The notes below the pieces were generated by a model. It was not told the origin of the DNA. It searched no databases and saw nothing but the letters and a program-made list of their open reading frames with translations. A stretch of 59,943 bases of DNA from Myxococcales bacterium (GTDB lineage Bacteria; Myxococcota; UBA727; JABDBI01): the NCBI GenBank assembly GCA_947445025.1, contig CANFCB010000003.1, forward strand, positions 1 through 59,943, given 5' to 3'. The position numbers were made by a program, and so were the translations under genes. Positions 48,050-55,689 of this stretch are shown here, piece by piece; the stretch's first letter is position 1; every line of letters starts with the position of its first letter.

Positions 48050-48062
48050 AACGAAGTCATTC

Positions 48063-48842
48063 TCAAGGGAGAAGACCAGCACTTTCAAAAACAGATAAGG
48101 GCGCAAGCTGGGCACGCGCCAATAACGTATCCAGCAATCTGTGAGTAAAACCTTCGATGCTTTTTTGTTCAGCTAAACGATGCGACAAAAACCATAAACA
48201 AAAAGCGCGCGCAAGATTTATTTCTTCTAATTGATGCAGCACTTGGGGCGACACTTCTTTGATGAAATGACGCAAGCGCCACAAATCTCTAAGCAATGGC
48301 GTACATGTGCTTTGCAAAACCCAATCATCAAGAACGTCTTGCCATTTTTTCATTAATTCGGGTTGATGATCACACCAGTCTTTCAACATTTCGTAGATAT
48401 CTTCTAAAATAATGCAACCTGCGGCGGTATCTGAATTCACAGAAAAGGAATCCGCTATCTCATGCAAAATTGTTAACTTCTCAACCGTTATAGCCAAACG
48501 TTCGGTATCGACATTCTCGTCTTCTGATATCAAATCAATTTCACCAGTAACAAGCAAGGATTCAAAAAGATTGGAAAAGCCGCCCCACTCTTCTCCCAAC
48601 TTCTCATCGGAATAAAGCAGAGCATGGCGAAAATCATCGATGTCGCTTATCGGCTGCTGACCCAAAGATCTAAAAACCATTAAGCTTCTTTGAGCAGGCA
48701 AAAATAAACGCCTATCGCAGTGCTGACATAGCATCTTCAGGTAATAAGAAATTAGATCTGTGCATTTCTCTAAGATCTGTGAGTGTGTTAAAGTCCAAAA
48801 ATCAGTCGGCAAAATTTCGTCGAGTGTTTGGTCTAACAGCAT
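48063..48842 (-). CDS. Hypothetical acidic protein (259 aa)
   Basis: ORF packed tightly between rmuC and the E1 gene on the same strand. No motif recognised. Confidence 0.5.
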   Translation of the reverse strand: MLLDQTLDEILPTDFWTLTHSQILEKCTDLISYYLKMLCQHCDRRLFLPAQRSLMVFRSLGQQPISDIDDFRHALLYSDEKLGEEWGGFSNLFESLLVTGEIDLISEDENVDTERLAITVEKLTILHEIADSFSVNSDTAAGCIILEDIYEMLKDWCDHQPELMKKWQDVLDDWVLQSTCTPLLRDLWRLRHFIKEVSPQVLHQLEEINLARAFCLWFLSHRLAEQKSIEGFTHRLLDTLLARAQLAPLSVFESAGLLP

Positions 48843-48847
48843 TTTTC

Positions 48848-50170
48848 TTAAATTCCGACTTCATCATTGGGTAAAGTAGCAACAATAAAAGTGCGTGGCA
48901 CTTTCTCGATAGGCTCTAGCATCTTGACTTCCAAAGTGGCGTGCGCGCCAAGATCATTTAGCTTGCGAGCCGTCGAAAAAACCCGTGTTTCCAATGAACC
49001 GAGCGTCTGATTGTAAGCATCTACCGACGTTTTTAAATTACGACCAAGCTTATTGAAGTGATCTGAAACTTTTTCAATACGCTCACATAATTGCCGCGCC
49101 AACTGACTAATTTTAAGTGCATTATCTGCCAAAGTTTCATTGCGCCACCCATAAGCAACGGCACGAAGCAGCGCGATCAGGGTCGTTGGTGTGGCAATAA
49201 TAATTCCTTGCTCGACGCCCCATTCAATTAATTCAGGTTTGCTAGCCAAAGCTGCACTAAAGAAAATTTCGCCAGGCAAAAATAAAACTACAAATTCTGG
49301 CGAAGGATTAAAATGCTGCCAATACGATTTTTTAGCGAGCTGATTAATGTGACGCTTCACTTGTTCGGCATGCTCCATCAACAACGACTGCCTGAGCGTT
49401 TCATCTTTACACTCAATGGCTTGCAAATAAGCACTTAAGGGAACTTTGGCGTCGACCACAATGCACTTCTTACCCGGCAAGCGCACAATTAAATCAGGAC
49501 GAATACCTTGTTTTTCCTCTGTATTCACCGTAACTTGCTCTTCAAAATCACAATGTGCTAACATACCTGCCAATTCCACGACACGACGCAATTGGATTTC
49601 ACCCCATCGCCCTCTGGCTGCCGGTGCATGAAGGATGCGCGACAAATTTTCTGTTTCCACGCGGAGCTGATTTTGCGATTCAATCATCGAATGAATCTGT
49701 TGATGCAAAGACTGATAAGCCCCTTCACGACTCGCTTCGAGTTCGCGAATTTTACCATCAACTTTCTCTAAAGATTCTTTTAAGGGCTCAGTAATACTTT
49801 TGATTTCAACTTGCTTTTTTATTAGATCTTCGTGAGAAGCAGACTGCCATTTTTCAAAAGTGGCTTTGGCAAAATCCATGAAAGATTCATTGTTTTGTTT
49901 TAAGGCTTGCGCAGAAATACTTGAAAAAGAATTACTTAAGAATACATGAGACTCACTTAATTCTTTAATGCGAGCATCGGTATAAATACGCGTTTGCTCT
50001 AATACGCTTTTGCTACTGGCTAAATCTGCGCGCAAAGCAGAATTAGTTTCAAATAAGAGGCGGTTTTTTTCATTTTCTTTTTGCAGGAAATAGTATAGAA
50101 TTGCCATTCCCAATAAAAATCCTAAAGTAAACGCAGCCAAGACGACTTGCACATGCACTTCCACGTTCAC
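48848..50170 (-). CDS. rmuC: DNA recombination protein RmuC
   Basis: N-terminal TM helix, long coiled coil, C-terminal nuclease-like block DLIVRLPGKKCIVVDAKVPL...VLFLPGE. 440 aa, GTG start. Confidence 0.85.
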   Translation of the reverse strand: MNVEVHVQVVLAAFTLGFLLGMAILYYFLQKENEKNRLLFETNSALRADLASSKSVLEQTRIYTDARIKELSESHVFLSNSFSSISAQALKQNNESFMDFAKATFEKWQSASHEDLIKKQVEIKSITEPLKESLEKVDGKIRELEASREGAYQSLHQQIHSMIESQNQLRVETENLSRILHAPAARGRWGEIQLRRVVELAGMLAHCDFEEQVTVNTEEKQGIRPDLIVRLPGKKCIVVDAKVPLSAYLQAIECKDETLRQSLLMEHAEQVKRHINQLAKKSYWQHFNPSPEFVVLFLPGEIFFSAALASKPELIEWGVEQGIIIATPTTLIALLRAVAYGWRNETLADNALKISQLARQLCERIEKVSDHFNKLGRNLKTSVDAYNQTLGSLETRVFSTARKLNDLGAHATLEVKMLEPIEKVPRTFIVATLPNDEVGI

Positions 50171-50183
50171 TCCAAGACAATCA

Positions 50184-50270
50184 TGGTGCCGGAGGTCGGA
50201 ATCGAACCGACACAGAGTTGCCCCTACTGGATTTTGAGTCCAGCGCGTCTACCAGTTCCACCACTCCGGC
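50184..50270 (-). tRNA. tRNA-Leu (anticodon CAA)
   Basis: Hand-folded: GCCGGAG acceptor, anticodon stem CTGGA/TCCAG with loop CTCAAAA, long variable arm, T-arm GTCGGTTCGATTCCGAC, encoded CCA. 87 nt. Confidence 0.9.
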
Positions 50271-50332
50271 ACATAGTATTAGGCTTGATAACGTGGGTAA
50301 ACCCTGCAGTCAAGTGCCTATCTTTTTTTTAA

Positions 50333-50366
50333 AAAATTCCCCTACCACATTTTTCTAAGGGGGATT
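50333..50366. repeat. G5/C5 palindromic element, degenerate full-length copy in reverse orientation
   Basis: AAAATTCCCCTACCACATTTTTCTAAGGGGGATT, compared with AAAATCCCCCTACCCCCTTTTTCTAAGGGGGATT. Intergenic, between tRNA-Leu(CAA) and the ABC ATPase gene. Confidence 0.75.
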
Positions 50367-50378
50367 AAAACCCTACAC

Positions 50379-51125
50379 ATGATCACTGCTGAGCAGATCT
50401 GTGTTCAACTTGAAGACAGAAACATTTTAAAAAATATTTCTCTTTGTGTAGAGCATGGGCAAAGTCTATCGATTTTAGGACCGTCAGGCAGCGGCAAAAC
50501 CACCTTACTAAGAGCCCTGGCAGGGTTTATCCCAAACATCCAAGCAGGCCGCATCTATCTGCAAGACCGATGCATGCAAGACAGCCACGGCATCTTTACA
50601 CCGCCCCATAAACGTAAATGCGTCATGTTATTTCAAGATATTGCCTTATGGCCACACATGACTGTTGATGCGCATTTAAATTTTGCCTTGCATGTCTCCA
50701 AGCCTAGTTTTACCTCAAATTTGCAGTCGCTCAAAGACGAGATTTTAGCAGAAGTTGGCTTGTCCCACAAAGTACAAGCCTTGCCTAAAAATCTGTCAGG
50801 TGGAGAAAAGCAAAGGCTCGCTTTGGCTCGCGCATTATTAACCAAGCCCAAGGCACTTTTGCTCGATGAGCCCTTTTCTTCTCTAGACCTAGAGCAAAAA
50901 ATTGTCATGGTCCAGCTTTTAAAAACCTCCCAACAAAAACATGGATTTGCCATGCTGCACATTACCCATGATCCCTTCGAGGCGTGTCATATTTCCAGTC
51001 AAATTGCTTTACTGAAACAAGGAGAAATTCATTGGCTAGGCCAAACTTCTGAATTTCAAAAAAACCAACACGCTAACTTACGAGAATTGACGCTGGCTAT
51101 GGCTATCTGGCAGAAATTTAGTTAA
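50379..51125 (+). CDS. ABC transporter ATP-binding protein (orphan; no permease or binding protein adjacent)
   Basis: Walker A GPSGSGKTT, signature LSGGEKQRLALARAL, Walker B LLLDEPFSSLD, H-loop ITHD. Confidence 0.85.
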   Translation: MITAEQICVQLEDRNILKNISLCVEHGQSLSILGPSGSGKTTLLRALAGFIPNIQAGRIYLQDRCMQDSHGIFTPPHKRKCVMLFQDIALWPHMTVDAHLNFALHVSKPSFTSNLQSLKDEILAEVGLSHKVQALPKNLSGGEKQRLALARALLTKPKALLLDEPFSSLDLEQKIVMVQLLKTSQQKHGFAMLHITHDPFEACHISSQIALLKQGEIHWLGQTSEFQKNQHANLRELTLAMAIWQKFS

Positions 51126-51147
51126 TATCTTGAATAGAGGAGTATTT

Positions 51148-51585
51148 ATGAATCATAAAATCTGGGTAGTCGTTGCCAATGGCTCGCGGGCACGTATTTT
51201 AGAAGCACAGAAATCTCACAAATTATTAATTGAGCTTGAGGCTTTAGATCACCCGCAGACCAGAGTCCACGGCCATGATCTGGTTTCCGATAGACCAGGG
51301 AGAGAATTTTCTAGCACAGGCTCAAGACGCAGCGCTATGGAAACTCTGGATCCACAAAAAAATGAGGCACAGCACTTTGCTGCTCAATTATCAAAGCATC
51401 TTGATCATGCACATCGCTGCCAGCTGTTTGAAAAACTTTATCTGATTGCCAGTCCAGCATTTTTAGGATTAATGCGTAACGACTTAGAAGAGAAAACGCA
51501 AAAAGCAATTGTCCAGAGCATCGATAAAGATCTAACCGAAAAAAATGCCGAAGAAATCAGAGAGTATTTACCGGACCTGCTTTAG
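51148..51585 (+). CDS. Host-attachment-protein family protein
   Basis: The N-terminus MNHKIWVVVANGSRARILE matches the W-(V/L)-(V/L)-VA-(D/N)-GS-RAR-(I/L) pattern I recall for this family. AGAGGA SD 6 nt before the ATG at 51148. Confidence 0.6.
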   Translation: MNHKIWVVVANGSRARILEAQKSHKLLIELEALDHPQTRVHGHDLVSDRPGREFSSTGSRRSAMETLDPQKNEAQHFAAQLSKHLDHAHRCQLFEKLYLIASPAFLGLMRNDLEEKTQKAIVQSIDKDLTEKNAEEIREYLPDLL

Positions 51586-51655
51586 ATTTAAAAGAATTCC
51601 CGCTTGACCAAATCGGCGCACTGTTACATGAAGACTGCGAGATTAAGTCGTATGT

Positions 51656-51740
51656 GCGGCGGTGGTGGAACGGTAGACACGCTACCTTGAGGTGGTAGTG
51701 GCCAAAAGCTGTGGGAGTTCGAATCTCCCTCGCCGCACCA
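51656..51740 (+). tRNA. tRNA-Leu (anticodon GAG)
   Basis: Hand-folded: acceptor GCGGCGG/TCGCCGC (one G-U), anticodon stem CTACC/GGTAG with loop TTGAGGT, long variable arm, T-arm GGGAGTTCGAATCTCCC, encoded CCA. 85 nt. Confidence 0.9.
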
Positions 51741-51803
51741 TTTAAGCTTGAAGTCGAACTCAAACCTTCGTAGTGGGTGTTTAAAATTACCGCCCCGACT
51801 CTG

Positions 51804-52742
51804 TCACAGTGGCAAAAAAAGACATTTAGCAACACTGGTAGCCCTATTACTACCCTCCAGATTTAGTGGCGGTGGCCTTCGCGCTGACGGCCTTAGCACA
51901 GAAAGCAGCTTTCTTGGTGGTGATTCCCAAAGCATCACGGGTGGCTGTATGTCCATCATGGCCGGACCGGACTCCTCGCTTTCTTGCGCTGGAAGACCAA
52001 CATCTGGGTCAGCTTGAGCATCATACTCTTGCAATAGCGCAATCATTGTTTGATTTTGCTGCGTCACAGCTAGAGCAAGCGCCGTTTGCCCAAAGAGATT
52101 TACGGTATTAATAGTATTTTGCGCGCCATGCGTTAATAAGTACTCAACACTATCCAAAGACCCAGCCAGTACAGCAAGCATCAAGGGCGTCTGACCTTGA
52201 GTATTTTGCGTATTGATAAGCACGTGTCCATCATCGAGTGCTGCGATAATCTCAAAAATGGCATCAGCAAAACCAGCGCCTGCTGCAAAATGAAATACAG
52301 TATTTCCATTCAAATCACTTTCAGACAAAGAGTCTTCTGCCCTGTGACGGAACAGGTAATAAAAAAGATGCTTATAGTTACCATTACCAGCAGCTAACAT
52401 CAGCGTTGTTCTACCTTGCCCATCTCTGCCCCTGCTCAATAATAATTGGCTTCTGGTTTTTATAAGTCTTTTTATTAATTGCGAGCGAAACTGCTTAGAT
52501 GCATCCGTCTGTGAATAGCTATCTCCCAAAATAAAATTTAAAAGAGGTGAAGCTGACTCCCCTTCTACAACCAAAACCTCTGGTGCTTTCGTCAATGCTT
52601 CCAGAAATTCTTCAGCGCTCTTTGGATCTGCGCTTAACGCATTTAGCTCCTGCGAGGAGATCTGAAAAGCGAGAGCGTTGGAAGTCATAATTCCAGAAAT
52701 CCCTAAAACAAATGTAAATATTAATGGTTTTAAATTGTTCAT
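51804..52742 (-). CDS. Secreted ankyrin-repeat protein
   Basis: Signal peptide MNNLKPLIFTFVLGISGIMTSNALA. ANK units (GRTTLMLAAGNGNYKHLFYYLF; GNTVFHFAAGAGFADAIFEII; GQTPLMLAVLAGSLDSVEYLLTHGAQ; GQTALALAVTQQNQTMIALLQEY). Pro-rich tail. Confidence 0.75.
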   Translation of the reverse strand: MNNLKPLIFTFVLGISGIMTSNALAFQISSQELNALSADPKSAEEFLEALTKAPEVLVVEGESASPLLNFILGDSYSQTDASKQFRSQLIKRLIKTRSQLLLSRGRDGQGRTTLMLAAGNGNYKHLFYYLFRHRAEDSLSESDLNGNTVFHFAAGAGFADAIFEIIAALDDGHVLINTQNTQGQTPLMLAVLAGSLDSVEYLLTHGAQNTINTVNLFGQTALALAVTQQNQTMIALLQEYDAQADPDVGLPAQESEESGPAMMDIQPPVMLWESPPRKLLSVLRPSARRPPPLNLEGSNRATSVAKCLFLPL

Positions 52743-52851
52743 CTATGTTCTCTAGTAATCATTACTGGACGAGGATCGTTCATCAGTAAATAAAATAAAA
52801 TATAAAGGCCGGCGTGCAACTAATAAGTGTAGCCGCGTCGGTTTATTGGTA

Positions 52852-53913
52852 TTATTTCGATTGATTTTTCAGTTGCTCAGCCTGAAAATGAGCTCTGACT
52901 TCGGAGAGCAATCCTTCTAAATCACCCGCAAACAGTTTAGGCAAATTATGGACAGTCACGCCGACACGATGATCTGTACACCTATCTTGAGGGAAATTAT
53001 AGGTTCGTATCTTATCAGAGCGATCGCCACTTTTCACCATTGATTTGCGCTCTTCAGCGCGTTCTTTATCGAGTTCAGCCTGTTTAGCGTCGTAAAGCCT
53101 GGCTCTTAAAACTTTCATCGCTTTGGCGCGATTTTTAATTTGGCTTTTCTCGTCTTGACACTGAACAACCACACCAGAAGGCATGTGGGTAATACGCACC
53201 GCAGAGTCGGTGGTATTGACAGACTGCCCGCCTGGACCGCCTGAGCGAAAAACATCGACACGCAAATCTTTTTCTTCGATATGTATATCGACTTCTTCGG
53301 CTTCCGGTAAAATCGCTACAGTGCAAGCGGAGGTATGCACCCTGCCCTGCGTTTCAGTTTCCGGAACACGCTGCACACGATGAACACCTGCTTCAAATTT
53401 AAGCCAAGAATAAATTTGATCACCACTCACAGTCATAACAACTTCTTTAAAGCCGCCCTTGGAGCCTTCAGAAGAACTTAAAATTTCTACTTTCCAGCGC
53501 ATGCGCTCGGCAAAGCGTACATACATTTGAAAAAGCTCACCTGCAAATAAACCAGCCTCGTCGCCACCGGTACCTGCTCTTATTTCCACAATCACGTTTT
53601 TTTGATCATTGGGATCTTTGGGCAGCAATAAAATTTTTAATTGTTCTTCTAGCTCAACGATGGATTTATCAAGCCTACCCACCTCTTCTTTGGCCATTTC
53701 CCGCATCTCGGGATCTTTGTCTTGCAGTAACTGCCAATTATCGTCACGCTCAACTCTGAGTGATAGTAAACGGGTATAGGCATCAACGATGGGCTCTAAT
53801 TGAACACGCTCTTTATTAAACTTTTGTAGATCGCCTGGTTTAATACCAGGAAATGAAAGCTGCTCAGTCAGACTTTCATGCCGCCTGACCAGCGCATCAA
53901 GTTTGTCAAACAT
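52852..53913 (-). CDS. prfA: Peptide chain release factor 1
   Basis: RF1 tripeptide region RVPETETQGRVHTS (PxT) and GGQ motif SGGPGGQSVNTT. 353 aa. Confidence 0.95.
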   Translation of the reverse strand: MFDKLDALVRRHESLTEQLSFPGIKPGDLQKFNKERVQLEPIVDAYTRLLSLRVERDDNWQLLQDKDPEMREMAKEEVGRLDKSIVELEEQLKILLLPKDPNDQKNVIVEIRAGTGGDEAGLFAGELFQMYVRFAERMRWKVEILSSSEGSKGGFKEVVMTVSGDQIYSWLKFEAGVHRVQRVPETETQGRVHTSACTVAILPEAEEVDIHIEEKDLRVDVFRSGGPGGQSVNTTDSAVRITHMPSGVVVQCQDEKSQIKNRAKAMKVLRARLYDAKQAELDKERAEERKSMVKSGDRSDKIRTYNFPQDRCTDHRVGVTVHNLPKLFAGDLEGLLSEVRAHFQAEQLKNQSK

Positions 53914-53921
53914 ATCAACAC

Positions 53922-54179
53922 CTAAAGCAAATTTTTTAACTCGTCGTCGTGGCTGTTTTTTTCACGCAGGGTTTTATAAATCACCCACACGGCTATCAGC
54001 GACGGGACAATAATAACCATCAAAAAAGCAAACGCCGGATAAAGCAAATCAGCCCAATGCGGCGAAGCATACTGCTCTAAAGCGCCTTGAAAAACAGGTA
54101 AACTATCCAGAGCTCCCGCATCAGCCACCTGATTTTCTAGCAAAATAGAACTCCCATTTTTGATTTGACTAAAAGCCAT
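53922..54179 (-). CDS. Small single-pass membrane protein (85 aa)
   Basis: ORF packed between the DUF1385 gene (11-nt gap) and prfA (8-nt gap). TM helix LLYPAFAFLMVIIVPSLIAVWVIY. Confidence 0.4.
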   Translation of the reverse strand: MAFSQIKNGSSILLENQVADAGALDSLPVFQGALEQYASPHWADLLYPAFAFLMVIIVPSLIAVWVIYKTLREKNSHDDELKNLL

Positions 54180-54190
54180 GGCTGCTCTCT

Positions 54191-55303
54191 TTATGCAATT
54201 GCTGCTTTTGCTTCAGCGAAATTAGCATAAACCTCTAGTTCGTCCACCGCGGCTTTTTCCGTTTCTGAAGCGTTTTCTTCTTGGGCCATGCTTTCTCGCC
54301 ACACAGCTTTGCGTAAAGCAGTTAAAGAAACTTCCAACTGATCATCGGTTGGTTCTGTCGTGGTTAAGCGTTGCATCAACATGCCGGGCGTAATAAAAAT
54401 TTTCACCAAAACATTATTGGGATACTTGGCTGCAGCTCGTTGAAATTCATAAGCGATACCAGCAATAGGCAACATCAAAGGAAGTTTAATCGCCAAGGTG
54501 AATAAACTTTGGATAATATTGTTACTGCTGACCGGAGGAATCCAAGGCAAAACCACAGCAAATACTAAAATAGAAACGGCGATCACCATCAAAATAAGAC
54601 TGGTTCCACAGCGAGGATGAGCTGTCGATTGGATGCGAGTATTGGCCACATCTAAATCTAGCCCCTTTTCAAAAGCATGCACAGATTTATGTTCAGCACC
54701 GTGATACATAAAAATGCGCTTCACGTCAGAGAATCTAGAAATAAGAAGAATATATCCCACAAAAATAGACATTTTAATGGCGCCATCAACTAAGTGAAAT
54801 GCCGAAGAGGTAATGGGTAAAGCGCTGTGGCCATCGTGTCCCAAAAACTCACCTAAAGCAAACGCGGCTAAATGAGGGACTGCCTTAAAAAGCAAAACCC
54901 CTAAAGCCATGCTCACAACCATCGTGCCCAGCAATGTCATGTCGAGTTTTTTACCATCGACCTTGGTTTCAGTTGTAGATAATGCCTTGGAGTCTACGTC
55001 ATTCATCGCTTGTTCAGCGGAAAACTGTAAAGCACTCATACCATTGTACAAGCTTTCCACCAACATGGTTGCGCCACGAAAAAGCGGCCAACGCAAAAAA
55101 GAAAGCTTCTGCGAAAAAGATAGCCATTCCCGTTCGCGCACCACAATGCTTTTATCAGGCCGGCGCACTGCTACTGAAAAACTATGGGGTGAACGCATCA
55201 TCACGCCCTCGATGACTGCCTGACCACCAACCATAGGCTTGGTCGCAGCAATGAGAAGTGATGGCAAAGCCGCTTTCAGAATTCGCATTCGACGAGATTG
55301 CAT
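54191..55303 (-). CDS. DUF1385-family membrane protein (YqhQ-like)
   Basis: GGQAVIEGVMMRSP and YHGAEHK motifs. Sits in the typical position between rpmE and prfA. Has a C-terminal extension relative to the roughly 300-aa norm. Confidence 0.8.
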   Translation of the reverse strand: MQSRRMRILKAALPSLLIAATKPMVGGQAVIEGVMMRSPHSFSVAVRRPDKSIVVREREWLSFSQKLSFLRWPLFRGATMLVESLYNGMSALQFSAEQAMNDVDSKALSTTETKVDGKKLDMTLLGTMVVSMALGVLLFKAVPHLAAFALGEFLGHDGHSALPITSSAFHLVDGAIKMSIFVGYILLISRFSDVKRIFMYHGAEHKSVHAFEKGLDLDVANTRIQSTAHPRCGTSLILMVIAVSILVFAVVLPWIPPVSSNNIIQSLFTLAIKLPLMLPIAGIAYEFQRAAAKYPNNVLVKIFITPGMLMQRLTTTEPTDDQLEVSLTALRKAVWRESMAQEENASETEKAAVDELEVYANFAEAKAAIA

Positions 55304-55332
55304 AGTACCCCTTGCTTGAATTTTCGAACGGA

Positions 55333-55530
55333 CTATTTCTTTTGATATTTTTTGCGGAAACGTTCAATACGGCCTTCTGTGTCCATTATCTTGGATTTTC
55401 CGGTAAAAAATGGATGACATGCTGAGCATACATCAACATTATAAGCTTTGGTGGAACGCGTTTCATATTTCGCGCCACAAGCACATGCTATAGTGACAGA
55501 CTTGTATTCTGGGTGGATATTTGCCTTCAT
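55333..55530 (-). CDS. rpmE: 50S ribosomal protein L31 (Zn-ribbon type)
   Basis: [10 protein letters not shown]-terminus, CxC...CxxCHPFFTG. Start assigned to Met13 of the ORF track product. Confidence 0.9.
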   Translation of the reverse strand: MKANIHPEYKSVTIACACGAKYETRSTKAYNVDVCSACHPFFTGKSKIMDTEGRIERFRKKYQKK

Positions 55531-55689
55531 CTTCAAAAACCTCGAAATTTCGGTAAAAAGGGACAACTACCATGGCTAGCAAAAAATGCCAACACCCTAA
55601 AACATCCCCCTATGCATAAAAAAGGTCCTAGCGAACTCAAGAGAACCCTGATAGGCCATGGGCTTAATCGTGTTTTGAGGTCTCGTCAC

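Noticed and set aside
51557-51835. A 92-aa minus-strand ORF covering tRNA-Leu(GAG).
   Set aside because: It overlaps a well-folded tRNA gene and its product has no features. It is spurious.
55513-55689. A 59-codon N-terminal extension of the alaS ORF, reaching back over the rpmE start on the opposite strand.
   Set aside because: The conserved AlaRS N-terminus (MSTSSIELRKRFLSFFENKGH) begins at 55690 with a GAGG SD 9 nt upstream. The extension is unconserved-looking and overlaps rpmE.
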